Part shown: positions 1 through 13,392 of the stretch, in pieces
Position numbering within the stretch: position 1 is the stretch's first letter
Layout of the letters: every line of letters begins with the position of its first letter
Assembly: GCA_964016885.1 (NCBI GenBank)
Contig: CAXHJY010001098.1
Span: 1 to 64,000, forward strand
Origin: Eledone cirrhosa
Lineage: Eukaryota
Reading direction: 5' to 3'
Length of the DNA stretch: 64,000 nt
Notes under the pieces: generated by a model
Databases searched by the model: none
Told to the model about the DNA's origin: nothing
What the model saw: the letters and a program-made list of their open reading frames with translations, nothing else
Program-made: the position numbers and the translations under genes

Positions 1-116
1 TACGGAGATATCTTGCTGAAATTCACGCCACACATAGCCAATGAGTGTCTGCACATGTACCAGTAATTACAGATCGATCCGACCACGGGCGGCCGGCCCG
101 CGATTGAAAAGGTAAC

Positions 117-177
117 TCCGCCGGCAAATCGTCATTTTTGGATTCGTTTTCTTCGAAGCACACCATTCGCCGGCGGA
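117..177. repeat. Intra-monomer inverted repeat, 13-bp arms with a 35-bp spacer (first copy shown, present in every monomer)
   Basis: TCCGCCGGCAAAT (117-129) against ATTCGCCGGCGGA (165-177, reverse complement TCCGCCGGCGAAT) is a 12/13 match, and 13/13 in C168T copies. Confidence 0.85.
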
Positions 178-227
178 CTTTGTTGACGTTTAACACGGTT
201 TGGTTCCACAGCCACAACTATTGATTT

Positions 228-2043
228 TACGGAGATATCTTGCTGAAATTCACGCCGCACATAGCCAATGAGTGTCTGCACATGTACCAGTAATTACAGA
301 TCGATCTGACCACGGGCGGCCGGCCCGCGATTGAAAAGGTAACTCCGCCGGCAAATCGTCATTTTTGGATTCGTTTTCTTCGAAGCACACCATTCGCCGG
401 CGGACATTGTTGACGTTTAACACGGTTTGGTTCCACAGCCACAACTATTGATTTTACGGAGATATCTTGCTGAAATTCACGCCGCACATAGCCAATGAGT
501 GTCTGCACATGTACCAGTAATTACAGATCGATCCGACCACGGGCGGCCGGTCCGCGATTGAAAAGGTAACTCCGCCGGCAAATCGTCATTTTTGGATTCG
601 TTTTCTTCGAAGCACACCATTCGCCGGCGGACTTTGTTGACGTTTAACACGGTTTGGTTCCACAGCCACAACTATTGATTTTACGGAGATATCTTGCTGA
701 AATTCACGCCGCACATAGCCAATGAGTGTCTGCACATGTACCAGTAATTACAGATCGATCTGACCACGGGCGGCCGGCCCGCGATTGAAAAGGTAACTCC
801 GCCGGCAAATCGTCATTTTTGGATTCGTTTTCTTCGAAGCACACCATTCGCCGGCGGACTTTGTTGACGTTTAACACGGTTTGGTTCCACAGCCACAACT
901 ATTGATTTTACGGAGATATCTTGCTGAAATTCACGCCGCACATAGCCAATGAGTGTCTGCACATGTACCAGTAATTACAGATCGATCCGACCACGGGCGG
1001 CCGGCCCGCGATTGAAAAGGTAACTCCGCCGGCAAATCGTCATTTTTGGATTCGTTTTCTTCGAAGCACACCATTCGCCGGCGGACTTTGTTGACGTTTA
1101 ACACGGTTTGGTTCCACAGCCACAACTATTGATTTTACGGAGATATCTTGCTGAAATTCACGCCGCACATAGCCAATGAGTGTCTGCACATGTACCAGTA
1201 ATTACAGATCGATCTGACCACGGGCGGCCGGCCCGCGATTGAAAAGGTAACTCCGCCGGCAAATCGTCATTTTTGGATTCGTTTTCTTCGAAGCACACCA
1301 TTCGCCGGCGGACATTGTTGACGTTTAACACGGTTTGGTTCCACAGCCACAACTATTGATTTTACGGAGATATCTTGCTGAAATTCACGCCGCACATAGC
1401 CAATGAGTGTCTGCACATGTACCAGTAATTACAGATCGATCCGACCACGGGCGGCCGGTCCGCGATTGAAAAGGTAACTCCGCCGGCAAATCGTCATTTT
1501 TGGATTCGTTTTCTTCGAAGCACACCATTCGCCGGCGGACTTTGTTGACGTTTAACACGGTTTGGTTCCACAGCCACAACTATTGATTTTACGGAGATAT
1601 CTTGCTGAAATTCACGCCGCACATAGCCAATGAGTGTCTGCACATGTACCAGTAATTACAGATCGATCTGACCACGGGCGGCCGGCCCGCGATTGAAAAG
1701 GTAACTCCGCCGGCAAATCGTCATTTTTGGATTCGTTTTCTTCGAAGCACACCATTCGCCGGCGGACTTTGTTGACGTTTAACACGGTTTGGTTCCACAG
1801 CCACAACTATTGATTTTACGGAGATATCTTGCTGAAATTCACGCCGCACATAGCCAATGAGTGTCTGCACATGTACCAGTAATTACAGATCGATCCGACC
1901 ACGGGCGGCCGGCCCGCGATTGAAAAGGTAACTCCGCCGGCAAATCGTCATTTTTGGATTCGTTTTCTTCGAAGCACACCATTCGCCGGCGGACTTTGTT
2001 GACGTTTAACACGGTTTGGTTCCACAGCCACAACTATTGATTT
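228..2043. repeat. Higher-order duplication: 4-monomer block (908 bp) x2
   Basis: Units 2-5 and 6-9 carry the same ordered variants: C80T+T179A, C97T, C80T, consensus. Confidence 0.9.
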
Positions 2044-5000
2044 TACGGAGATATCTTGCTGAAATTCACGCCGCACATAGCCAATGAGTGTCTGCACATG
2101 TACCAGTAATTACAGATCGATCCGACCACGGGCGGCCGGCCCGCGATTGAAAAGGTAACTCCGCCGGCAAATCGTCATTTTTGGATTCGTTTTCTTCGAA
2201 GCACACCATTCGCCGGCGGACATTGTTGACGTTTAACACGGTTTGGTTCCACAGCCACAACTATTGATTTTACGGAGATATCTTGCTGAAATTCACGCCA
2301 CACATAGCCAATGAGTGTCTGCACATGTACCAGTAATTACAGATCGATCCGACCACGGGCGGCCGGCCCGCGATTGAAAAGGTAACTCCGCCGGCAAATC
2401 GTCATTTTTGGATTCGTTTTCTTCGAAGCACACCATTCGCCGGCGGACTTTGTTGACGTTTAACACGGTTTGGTTCCACAGCCACAACTATTGATTTTAC
2501 GGAGATATCTTGCTGAAATTCACGCCGCACATAGCCAATGAGTGTCTGCACATGTACCAGTAATTACAGATCGATCCGACCACGGGCGGCCGGCCCGCGA
2601 TTGAAAAGGTAACTCCGCCGGCAAATCGTCATTTTTGGATTCGTTTTCTTCGAAGCACACCATTCGCCGGCGGACTTTGTTGACGTTTAACACGGTTTGG
2701 TTCCACAGCCACAACTATTGATTTTACGGAGATATCTTGCTGAAATTCACGCCGCACATAGCCAATGAGTGTCTGCACATGTACCAGTAATTACAGATCG
2801 ATCCGACCACGGGCGGCCGGCCCGCGATTGAAAAGGTAACTCCGCCGGCAAATCGTCATTTTTGGATTCGTTTTCTTCGAAGCACACCATTCGCCGGCGG
2901 ACTTTGTTGACGTTTAACACGGTTTGGTTCCACAGCCACAACTATTGATTTTACGGAGATATCTTGCTGAAATTCACGCCACACATAGCCAATGAGTGTC
3001 TGCACATGTACCAGTAATTACAGATCGATCCGACCACGGGCGGCCGGCCCGCGATTGAAAAGGTAACTCCGCCGGCAAATCGTCATTTTTGGATTCGTTT
3101 TCTTCGAAGCACACCATTCGCCGGCGGACTTTGTTGACGTTTAACACGGTTTGGTTCCACAGCCACAACTATTGAATTTACGGAGATATCTTGCTGAAAT
3201 TCACGCCACACATAGCCAATGAGTGTCTGCACATGTACCAGTAATTACAGATCGATCCGACCACGGGCGGCCGGCCCGCGATTGAAAAGGTAACTCCGCC
3301 GGCAAATCGTCATTTTTGGATTCGTTTTCTTCGAAGCACACCATTCGCCGGCGGACTTTGTTGACGTTTAACACGGTTTGGTTCCACAGCCACAACTATT
3401 GATTTTACGAAGATATCTTGCTGAAATTCACGCCGCACATAGCCAATGAGTGTCTGCACATGTACCAGTAATTACAGATCGATCTGACCACGGGCGGCCG
3501 GCCCGCGATTGAAAAGGTAACTCCGCCGGCAAATCGTCATTTTTGGATTCGTTTTCTTCGAAGCACACCATTCGCCGGCGGACTTTGTTGACGTTTAACA
3601 CGGTTTGGTTCCACAGCCACAACTATTGATTTTACGGAGATATCTTGCTGAAATTCACGCCGCACATAGCCAATGAGTGTCTGCACATGTACCAGTAATT
3701 ACAGATCGATCCGACCACGGCCGGCCGGCCCGCGATTGAAAAGGTAACTCCGCCGGCAAATCGTCATTTTTGGATTCGTTTTCTTCGAAGCACACCATTC
3801 GCCGGCGGACTTTGTTGACGTTTAACACGGTTTGGTTCCACAGCCACAACTATTGATTTTACGGAGATATCTTGCTGAAATTCACGCCACACATAGCCAA
3901 TGAGTGTCTGCACATCTACCAGTAATTACAGATCGATCCGACCACGGGCGGCCGGCCCGCGATTGAAAAGGTAACTCCGCCGGCAAATCGTCATTTTTGG
4001 ATTCGTTTTCTTCGAAGCACACCATTCGCCGGCGGACTTTGTTGACGTTTAACACGGTTTGGTTCCACAGCCACAACTATTGAATTTACGGAGATATCTT
4101 GCTGAAATTCACGCCACACATAGCCAATGAGTGTCTGCACATGTACCAGTAATTACAGATCGATCCGACCACGGGCGGCCGGCCCGCGATTGAAAAGGTA
4201 ACTCCGCCGGCAAATCGTCATTTTTGGATTCGTTTTCTTCGAAGCACACCATTCGCCGGCGGACTTTGTTGACGTTTAACACGGTTTGGTTCCACAGCCA
4301 CAACTATTGATTTTACGGAGATATCTTGCTGAAATTCACGCCGCACATAGCCAATGAGTGTCTGCACATGTACCAGTAATTACAGATCGATCTGACCACG
4401 GGCGGCCGGCCCGCGATTGAAAAGGTAACTCCGCCGGCAAATCGTCATTTTTGGATTCGTTTTCTTCGAAGCACACCATTCGCCGGCGGACTTTGTTGAC
4501 GTTTAACACGGTTTGGTTCCACAGCCACAACTATTGAATTCACGGAGATATCTTGCTGAAATTCACGCCACACATAGCCAATGAGTGTCTGCACATGTAC
4601 CAGTAATTACAGATCGATCCGACCACGGGCGGCCGGCCCGCGATTGAAAAGGTAACTCCGCCGGCAAATCGTCATTTTTGGATTCGTTTTCTTCGAAGCA
4701 CACCATTCGCCGGCGGACTTTGTTGACGTTTAACACGGTTTGGTTCCACAGCCACAACTATTGATTTTACGGAGATATCTTGCTGAAATTCACGCCGCAC
4801 ATAGCCAATGAGTGTCTGCACATGTACCAGTAATTACAGATCGATCCGACCACGGGCGGCCGGCCCGCGATTGAAAAGGTAACTCCGCCGGCAAATCGTC
4901 ATTTTTGGATTCGTTTTCTTCGAAGCACACCATTCGCCGGCGGACTTTGTTGACGTTTAACACGGTTTGGTTCCACAGCCACAACTATTGATTTTACGGA

Positions 5001-8000
5001 GATATCTTGCTGAAATTCACGCCGCACATAGCCAATGAGTGTCTGCACATGTACCAGTAATTACAGATCGATCCGACCACGGGCGGCCGGCCCGCGATTG
5101 AAAAGGTAACTCCGCCGGCAAATCGTCATTTTTGGATTCGTTTTCTTCGAAGCACACCATTCGCCGGCGGACTTTGTTGACGTTTAACACGGTTTGGTTC
5201 CACAGCCACAACTATTGATTTTACGGAGATATCTTGCTGAAATTCACGCCACACATAGCCAATGAGTGTCTGCACATGTACCAGTAATTACAGATCGATC
5301 CGACCACGGGCGGCCGGCCCGCGATTGAAAAGGTAACTCCGCCGGCAAATCGTCATTTTTGGATTCGTTTTCTTCGAAGCACACCATTCGCCGGCGGACT
5401 TTGTTGACGTTTAACACGGTTTGGTTCCACAGCCACAACTATTGAATTTACGGAGATATCTTGCTGAAATTCACGCCACACATAGCCAATGAGTGTCTGC
5501 ACATGTACCAGTAATTACAGATCGATCCGACCACGGGCGGCCGGCCCGCGATTGAAAAGGTAACTCCGCCGGCAAATCGTCATTTTTGGATTCGTTTTCT
5601 TCGAAGCACACCATTCGCCGGCGGACTTTGTTGACGTTTAACACGGTTTGGTTCCACAGCCACAACTATTGATTTTACGGAGATATCTTGCTGAAATTCA
5701 CGCCGCACATAGCCAATGAGTGTCTGCACATGTACCAGTAATTACAGATCGATCCGACCACGGGCGGCCGGCCCGCGATTGAAAAGGTAACTCCGCCGGC
5801 AAATCGTCATTTTTGGATTCGTTTTCTTCGAAGCACACCATTCGCCGGCGGACTTTGTTGACGTTTAACACGGTTTGGTTCCACAGCCACAACTATTGAT
5901 TTTACGGAGATATCTTGCTGAAATTCACGCCACACATAGCCAATGAGTGTCTGCACATGTACCAGTAATTACAGATCGATCCGACCACGGGCGGCCGGCC
6001 CGCGATTGAAAAGGTAACTCCGCCGGCAAATCGTCATTTTTGGATTCGTTTTCTTCGAAGCACACCATTCGCCGGCGGACTTTGTTGACGTTTAACACGG
6101 TTTGGTTCCACAGCCACAACTATTGATTTTACGGAGATATCTTGCTGAAATTCACGCCACACATAGCCAATGAGTGTCTGCACATGTACCAGTAATTACA
6201 GATCGATCCGACCACGGGCGGCCGGCCCGCGATTGAAAAGGTAACTCGGCCGGCAAATCGTCATTTTTGGATTCGTTTTCTTCGAAGCACACCATTCGCC
6301 GGCGGACTTTGTTGACGTTTAACACGGTTTGGTTCCACAGCCACAACTATTGAATTTACGGAGATATCTTGCTGAAATTCACGCCACACATAGCCAATGA
6401 GTGTCTGCACATGTACCAGTAATTACAGATCGATCCGACCACGGGCGGCCGGCCCGCGATTGAAAAGGTAACTCCGCCGGCAAATCGTCATTTTTGGATT
6501 CGTTTTCTTCGAAGCACACCATTCGCCGGCGGACTTTGTTGACGTTTAACACGGTTTGGTTCCACAGCCACAACTATTGAATTTACGGAGATATCTTGCT
6601 GAAATTCACGCCGCACATAGCCAATGAGTGTCTGCACATGTACCAGTAATTACAGATCGATCCGACCACGGGCGGCCGGCCCGCGATTGAAAAGGTAACT
6701 CCGCCGGCAAATCGTCATTTTTGGATTCGTTTTCTTCGAAGCACACCATTCGCCGGCGGACTTTGTTGACGTTTAACACGGTTTGGTTCCACAGCCACAA
6801 CTATTGATTTTACGGAGATATCTTGCTGAAATTCACGCCGCACATAGCCAATGAGTGTCTGCACATGTACCAGTAATTACAGATCGATCCGACCACGGGC
6901 GGCCGGCCCGCGATTGAAAAGGTAACTCCGCCGGCAAATCGTCATTTTTGGATTCGTTTTCTTCGAAGCACACCATTCGCCGGCGGACTTTGTTGACGTT
7001 TAACACGGTTTGGTTCCACAGCCACAACTATTGATTTTACGGAGATATCTTGCTGAAATTCACGCCGCACATAGCCAATGAGTGTCTGCACATGTACCAG
7101 TAATTACAGATCGATCCGACCACGGGCGGCCGGCCCGCGATTGAAAAGGTAACTCCGCCGGCAAATCGTCATTTTTGGATTCGTTTTCTTCGAAGCACAC
7201 CATTCGCCGGCGGACTTTGTTGACGTTTAACACGGTTTGGTTCCACAGCCACAACTATTGATTTTACGGAGATATCTTGCTGAAATTCACGCCACACATA
7301 GCCAATGAGTGTCTGCACATGTACCAGTAATTACAGATCGATCCGACCACGGGCGGCCGGCCCGCGATTGAAAAGGTAACTCCGCCGGCAAATCGTCATT
7401 TTTGGATTCGTTTTCTTCGAAGCACACCATTCGCCGGCGGACTTTGTTGACGTTTAACACGGTTTGGTTCCACAGCCACAACTATTGATTTTACGGAGAT
7501 ATCTTGCTGAAATTCACGCCGCACATAGCCAATGAGTGTCTGCACATGTACCAGTAATTACAGATCGATCCGACCACGGGCGGCCGGCCCGCGATTGAAA
7601 AGGTAACTCCGCCGGCAAATCGTCATTTTTGGATTCGTTTTCTTCGAAGCACACCATTCGCCGGCGGACTTTGTTGACGTTTAACACGGTTTGGTTCCAC
7701 AGCCACAACTATTGATTTTACGGAGATATCTTGCTGAAATTCACGCCGCACATAGCCAATGAGTGTCTGCACATGTACCAGTAATTACAGATCGATCCGA
7801 CCACGGGCGGCCGGCCCGCGATTGAAAAGGTAACTCCGCCGGCAAATCGTCATTTTTGGATTCGTTTTCTTCGAAGCACACCATTCGCCGGCGGACTTTG
7901 TTGACGTTTAACACGGTTTGGTTCCACAGCCACAACTATTGATTTTACGGAGATATCTTGCTGAAATTCACGCCGCACATAGCCAATGAGTGTCTGCACA

Positions 8001-11000
8001 TGTACCAGTAATTACAGATCGATCCGACCACGGGCGGCCGGCCCGCGATTGAAAAGGTAACTCCGCCGGCAAATCGTCATTTTTGGATTCGTTTTCTTCG
8101 AAGCACACCATTCGCCGGCGGACTTTGTTGACGTTTAACACGGTTTGGTTCCACAGCCACAACTATTGATTTTACGGAGATATCTTGCTGAAATTCACGC
8201 CGCACATAGCCAATGAGTGTCTGCACATGTACCAGTAATTACAGATCGATCCGACCACGGGCGGCCGGCCCGCGATTGAAAAGGTAACTCCGCCGGCAAA
8301 TCGTCATTTTTGGATTCGTTTTCTTCGAAGCACACCATTCGCCGGCGGACTTTGTTGACGTTTAACACGGTTTGGTTCCACAGCCACAACTATTGATTTT
8401 ACGGAGATATCTTGCTGAAATTCACGCCGCACATAGCCAATGAGTGTCTGCACATGTACCAGTAATTACAGATCGATCCGACCACGGGCGGCCGGCCCGC
8501 GATTGAAAAGGTAACTCCGCCGGCAAATCGTCATTTTTGGATTCGTTTTCTTCGAAGCACACCATTCGCCGGCGGACATTGTTGACGTTTAACACGGTTT
8601 GGTTCCACAGCCACAACTATTGATTTACGGAGATATCTTGCTGAAATTCACGCCGCACATAGCCAATGAGTGTCTGCACATGTACCAGTAATTACAGATC
8701 GATCCGACCACGGGCGGCCGGTCCGCGATTGAAAAGGTAACTCCGCCGGCAAATCGTCATTTTTGGATTCGTTTTCTTCGAAGCACACCATTCGCCGGCG
8801 GACTTTGTTGACGTTTAACACGGTTTGGTTCCACAGCCACAACTATTGAATTCACGGAGATATCTTGCTGAAATTCACGCCACACATAGCCAATGAGTGT
8901 CTGCACATGTACCAGTAATTACAGATCGATCCGACCACGGGCGGCCGGCCCGCGATTGAAAAGGTAACTCCGCCGGCAAATCGTCATTTTTGGATTCGTT
9001 TTCTTCGAAGCACACCATTCGCCGGCGGACTTTGTTGACGTTTAACACGGTTTGGTTCCACAGCCACAACTATTGATTTTACGGAGATATCTTGCTGAAA
9101 TTCACGCCGCACATAGCCAATGAGTGTCTGCACATGTACCAGTAATTACAGATCGATCCGACCACGGGCGGCCGGCCCGCGATTGAAAAGGTAACTCCGC
9201 CGGCAAATCGTCATTTTTGGATTCGTTTTCTTCGAAGCACACCATTCGCCGGCGGACTTTGTTGACGTTTAACACGGTTTGGTTCCACAGCCACAACTAT
9301 TGATTTTACGGAGATATCTTGCTGAAATTCACGCCGCACATAGCCAATGAGTGTCTGCACATGTACCAGTAATTACAGATCGATCCGACCACGGGCGGCC
9401 GGCCCGCGATTGAAAAGGTAACTCCGCCGGCAAATCGTCATTTTTGGATTCGTTTTCTTCGAAGCACACCATTCGCCGGCGGACTTTGTTGACGTTTAAC
9501 ACGGTTTGGTTCCACAGCCACAACTATTGATTTTACGGAGATATCTTGCTGAAATTCACGCCGCACATAGCCAATGAGTGTCTGCACATGTACCAGTAAT
9601 TACAGATCGATCCGACCACGGGCGGCCGGCCCGCGATTGAAAAGGTAACTCCGCCGGCAAATCGTCATTTTTGGATTCGTTTTCTTCGAAGCACACCATT
9701 CGCCGGCGGACTTTGTTGACGTTTAACACGGTTTGGTTCCACAGCCACAACTATTGAATTTACGGAGATATCTTGCTGAAATTCACGCCACACATAGCCA
9801 ATGAGTGTCTGCACATGTACCAGTAATTACAGATCGATCCGACCACGGGCGGCCGGCCCGCGATTGAAAAGGTAACTCCGCCGGCAAATCGTCATTTTTG
9901 GATTCGTTTTCTTCGAAGCACACCATTCGCCGGCGGACTTTGTTGACGTTTAACACGGTTTGGTTCCACAGCCACAACTATTGATTTTACGGAGATATCT
10001 TGCTGAAATTCACGCCGCACATAGCCAATGAGTGTCTGCACATGTACCAGTAATTACAGATCGATCTGACCACGGGCGGCCGGCCCGCGATTGAAAAGGT
10101 AACTCCGCCGGCAAATCGTCATTTTTGGATTCGTTTTCTTCGAAGCACACCATTCGCCGGCGGACTTTGTTGACGTTTAACACGGTTTGGTTCCACAGCC
10201 ACAACTATTGATTTTACGGAGATATCTTGCTGAAATTCACGCCACACATAGCCAATGAGTGTCTGCACATGTACCAGTAATTACAGATCGATCCGACCAC
10301 GGGCGGCCGGCCCGCGATTGAAAAGGTAACTCCGCCGGCAAATCGTCATTTTTGGATTCGTTTTCTTCGAAGCACACCATTCGCCGGCGGACTTTGTTGA
10401 CGTTTAACACGGTTTGGTTCCACAGCCACAACTATTGATTTTACGGAGATATCTTGCTGAAATTCACGCCACACATAGCCAATGAGTGTCTGCACATGTA
10501 CCAGTAATTACAGATCGATCCGACCACGGGCGGCTGGCCCGCGATTGAAAAGGTAACTCCGCCGGCAAATCGTCATTTTTGGATTCGTTTTCTTCGAAGC
10601 ACACCATTCGCCGGCGGACTTTGTTGACGTTTAACACGGTTTGGTTCCACAGCCACAACTATTGAATTTACGGAGATATCTTGCTGAAATTCACGCCACA
10701 CATAGCCAATGAGTGTCTGCACATGTACCAGTAATTACAGATCGATCCGACCACGGGCGGCCGGCCCGCGATTGAAAAGGTAACTCGGCCGGCAAATCGT
10801 CATTTTTGGATTCGTTTTCTTCGAAGCACACCATTCGCCGGCGGACTTTGTTGACGTTTAACACGGTTTGGTTCCACAGCCACAACTATTGAATTTACGG
10901 AGATATCTTGCTGAAATTCACGCCACACATAGCCAATGAGTGTCTGCACATGTACCAGTAATTACAGATCGATCCGACCACGGGCGGCCGGCCCGCGATT

Positions 11001-13392
11001 GAAAAGGTAACTCCGCCGGCAAATCGTCATTTTTGGATTCGTTTTCTTCGAAGCACACCATTCGCCGGCGGACTTTGTTGACGTTTAACACGGTTTGGTT
11101 CCACAGCCACAACTATTGATTTTACGGAGATATCTTGCTGAAATTCACGCCGCACATAGCCAATGAGTGTCTGCACATGTACCAGTAATTACAGATCGAT
11201 CCGACCACGGGCGGCCGGCCCGCGATTGAAAAGGTAACTCCGCCGGCAAATCGTCATTTTTGGATTCGTTTTCTTCGAAGCACACCATTCGCCGGCGGAC
11301 TTTGTTGACGTTTAACACGGTTTGGTTCCACAGCCACAACTATTGATTTTACGGAGATATCTTGCTGAAATTCACGCCGCACATAGCCAATGAGTGTCTG
11401 CACATGTACCAGTAATTACAGATCGATCCGACCACGGGCGGCCGGCCCGCGATTGAAAAGGTAACTCCGCCGGCAAATCGTCATTTTTGGATTCGTTTTC
11501 TTCGAAGCACACCATTCGCCGGCGGACATTGTTGACGTTTAACACGGTTTGGTTCCACAGCCACAACTATTGAATTCACGGAGATATCTTGCTGAAATTC
11601 ACGCCACACATAGCCAATGAGTGTCTGCACATGTACCAGTAATTACAGATCGATCCGACCACGGGCGGCCGGCCCGCGATTGAAAAGGTAACTCCGCCGG
11701 CAAATCGTCATTTTTGGATTCGTTTTCTTCGAAGCACACCATTCGCCGGCGGACTTTGTTGACGTTTAACACGGTTTGGTTCCACAGCCACAACTATTGA
11801 TTTTACGGAGATATCTTGCTGAAATTCACGCCGCACATAGCCAATGAGTGTCTGCACATGTACCAGTAATTACAGATCGATCCGACCACGGGCGGCCGGC
11901 CCGCGATTGAAAAGGTAACTCCGCCGGCAAATCGTCATTTTTGGATTCGTTTTCTTCGAAGCACACCATTCGCCGGCGGACTTTGTTGACGTTTAACACG
12001 GTTTGGTTCCACAGCCACAACTATTGATTTTACGGAGATATCTTGCTGAAATTCACGCCGCACATAGCCAATGAGTGTCTGCACATGTACCAGTAATTAC
12101 AGATCGATCCGACCACGGGCGGCCGGCCCGCGATTGAAAAGGTAACTCCGCCGGCAAATCGTCATTTTTGGATTCGTTTTCTTCGAAGCACACCATTCGC
12201 CGGCGGACTTTGTTGACGTTTAACACGGTTTGGTTCCACAGCCACAACTATTGATTTTACGGAGATATCTTGCTGAAATTCACGCCGCACATAGCCAATG
12301 AGTGTCTGCACATGTACCAGTAATTACAGATCGATCCGACCACGGGCGGCCGGCCCGCGATTTAAAAGGTAACTCCGCCGGCAAATCGTCATTTTTGGAT
12401 TCGTTTTCTTCGAAGCACACCATTCGCCGGCGGACATTGTTGACGTTTAACACGGTTTGGTTCCACAGCCACAACTATTGACTTTACGGAGATATCTTGC
12501 TGAAATTCACGCCACACATAGCCAATGAGTGTCTGCACATGTACCAGTAATTACAGATCGATCCGACCACGGGCGGCCGGCCCGCGATTGAAAAGGTAAC
12601 TCCGCCGGCAAATCGTCATTTTTGGATTCGTTTTCTTCGAAGCACACCATTCGCCGGCGGACTTTGTTGACGTTTAACACGGTTTGGTTCCACAGCCACA
12701 ACTATTGATTTTACGGAGATATCTTGCTGAAATTCACGCCGCACATAGCCAATGAGTGTCTGCACATGTACCAGTAATTACAGATCGATCCGACCACGGG
12801 CGGCCGGCCCGCGATTGAAAAGGTAACTCCGCCGGCAAATCGTCATTTTTGGATTCGTTTTCTTCGAAGCACACCATTCGCCGGCGGACTTTGTTGACGT
12901 TTAACACGGTTTGGTTCCACAGCCACAACTATTGATTTTACGGAGATATCTTGCTGAAATTCACGCCACACATAGCCAATGAGTGTCTGCACATGTACCA
13001 GTAATTACAGATCGATCCGACCACGGGCGGCCGGCCCGCGATTGAAAAGGTAACTCCGCCGGCAAATCGTCATTTTTGGATTCGTTTTCTTCGAAGCACA
13101 CCATTCGCCGGCGGACTTTGTTGACGTTTAACACGGTTTGGTTCCACAGCCACAACTATTGAATTTACGGAGATATCTTGCTGAAATTCACGCCACACAT
13201 AGCCAATGAGTGTCTGCACATGTACCAGTAATTACAGATCGATCCGACCACGGGCGGCCGGCCCGCGATTGAAAAGGTAACTCCGCCGGCAAATCGTCAT
13301 TTTTGGATTCGTTTTCTTCGAAGCACACCATTCGCCGGCGGACTTTGTTGACGTTTAACACGGTTTGGTTCCACAGCCACAACTATTGATTT

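Noticed and set aside
142-158. CENP-B box-like motif ATTCGTTTTCTTCGAAG
   Set aside because: It matches only 6 of the 9 essential bases of NTTCGNNNNANNCGGGN (the central A and terminal GG are missing), so it is not supportable as a functional box.
148-158. Heat-shock element in TTTCTTCGAAG
   Set aside because: The spacing is TTC-N3-GAA rather than TTC-N2-GAA, and there is no third nGAAn unit.
114-180. MITE or transposon terminal inverted repeats, or a rho-independent terminator
   Set aside because: The element would be only about 61-67 bp with no evident target-site duplication. The 35-nt loop and the absence of an upstream gene do not fit a terminator.
1-227. 5S rRNA, tRNA or spliceosomal snRNA gene array
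   Set aside because: I see no 5S sequence or internal control region, no cloverleaf or A/B boxes, and no recognisable U1/U2/U4/U5/U6 sequence on either strand. An Rfam cmscan would be the decisive test.
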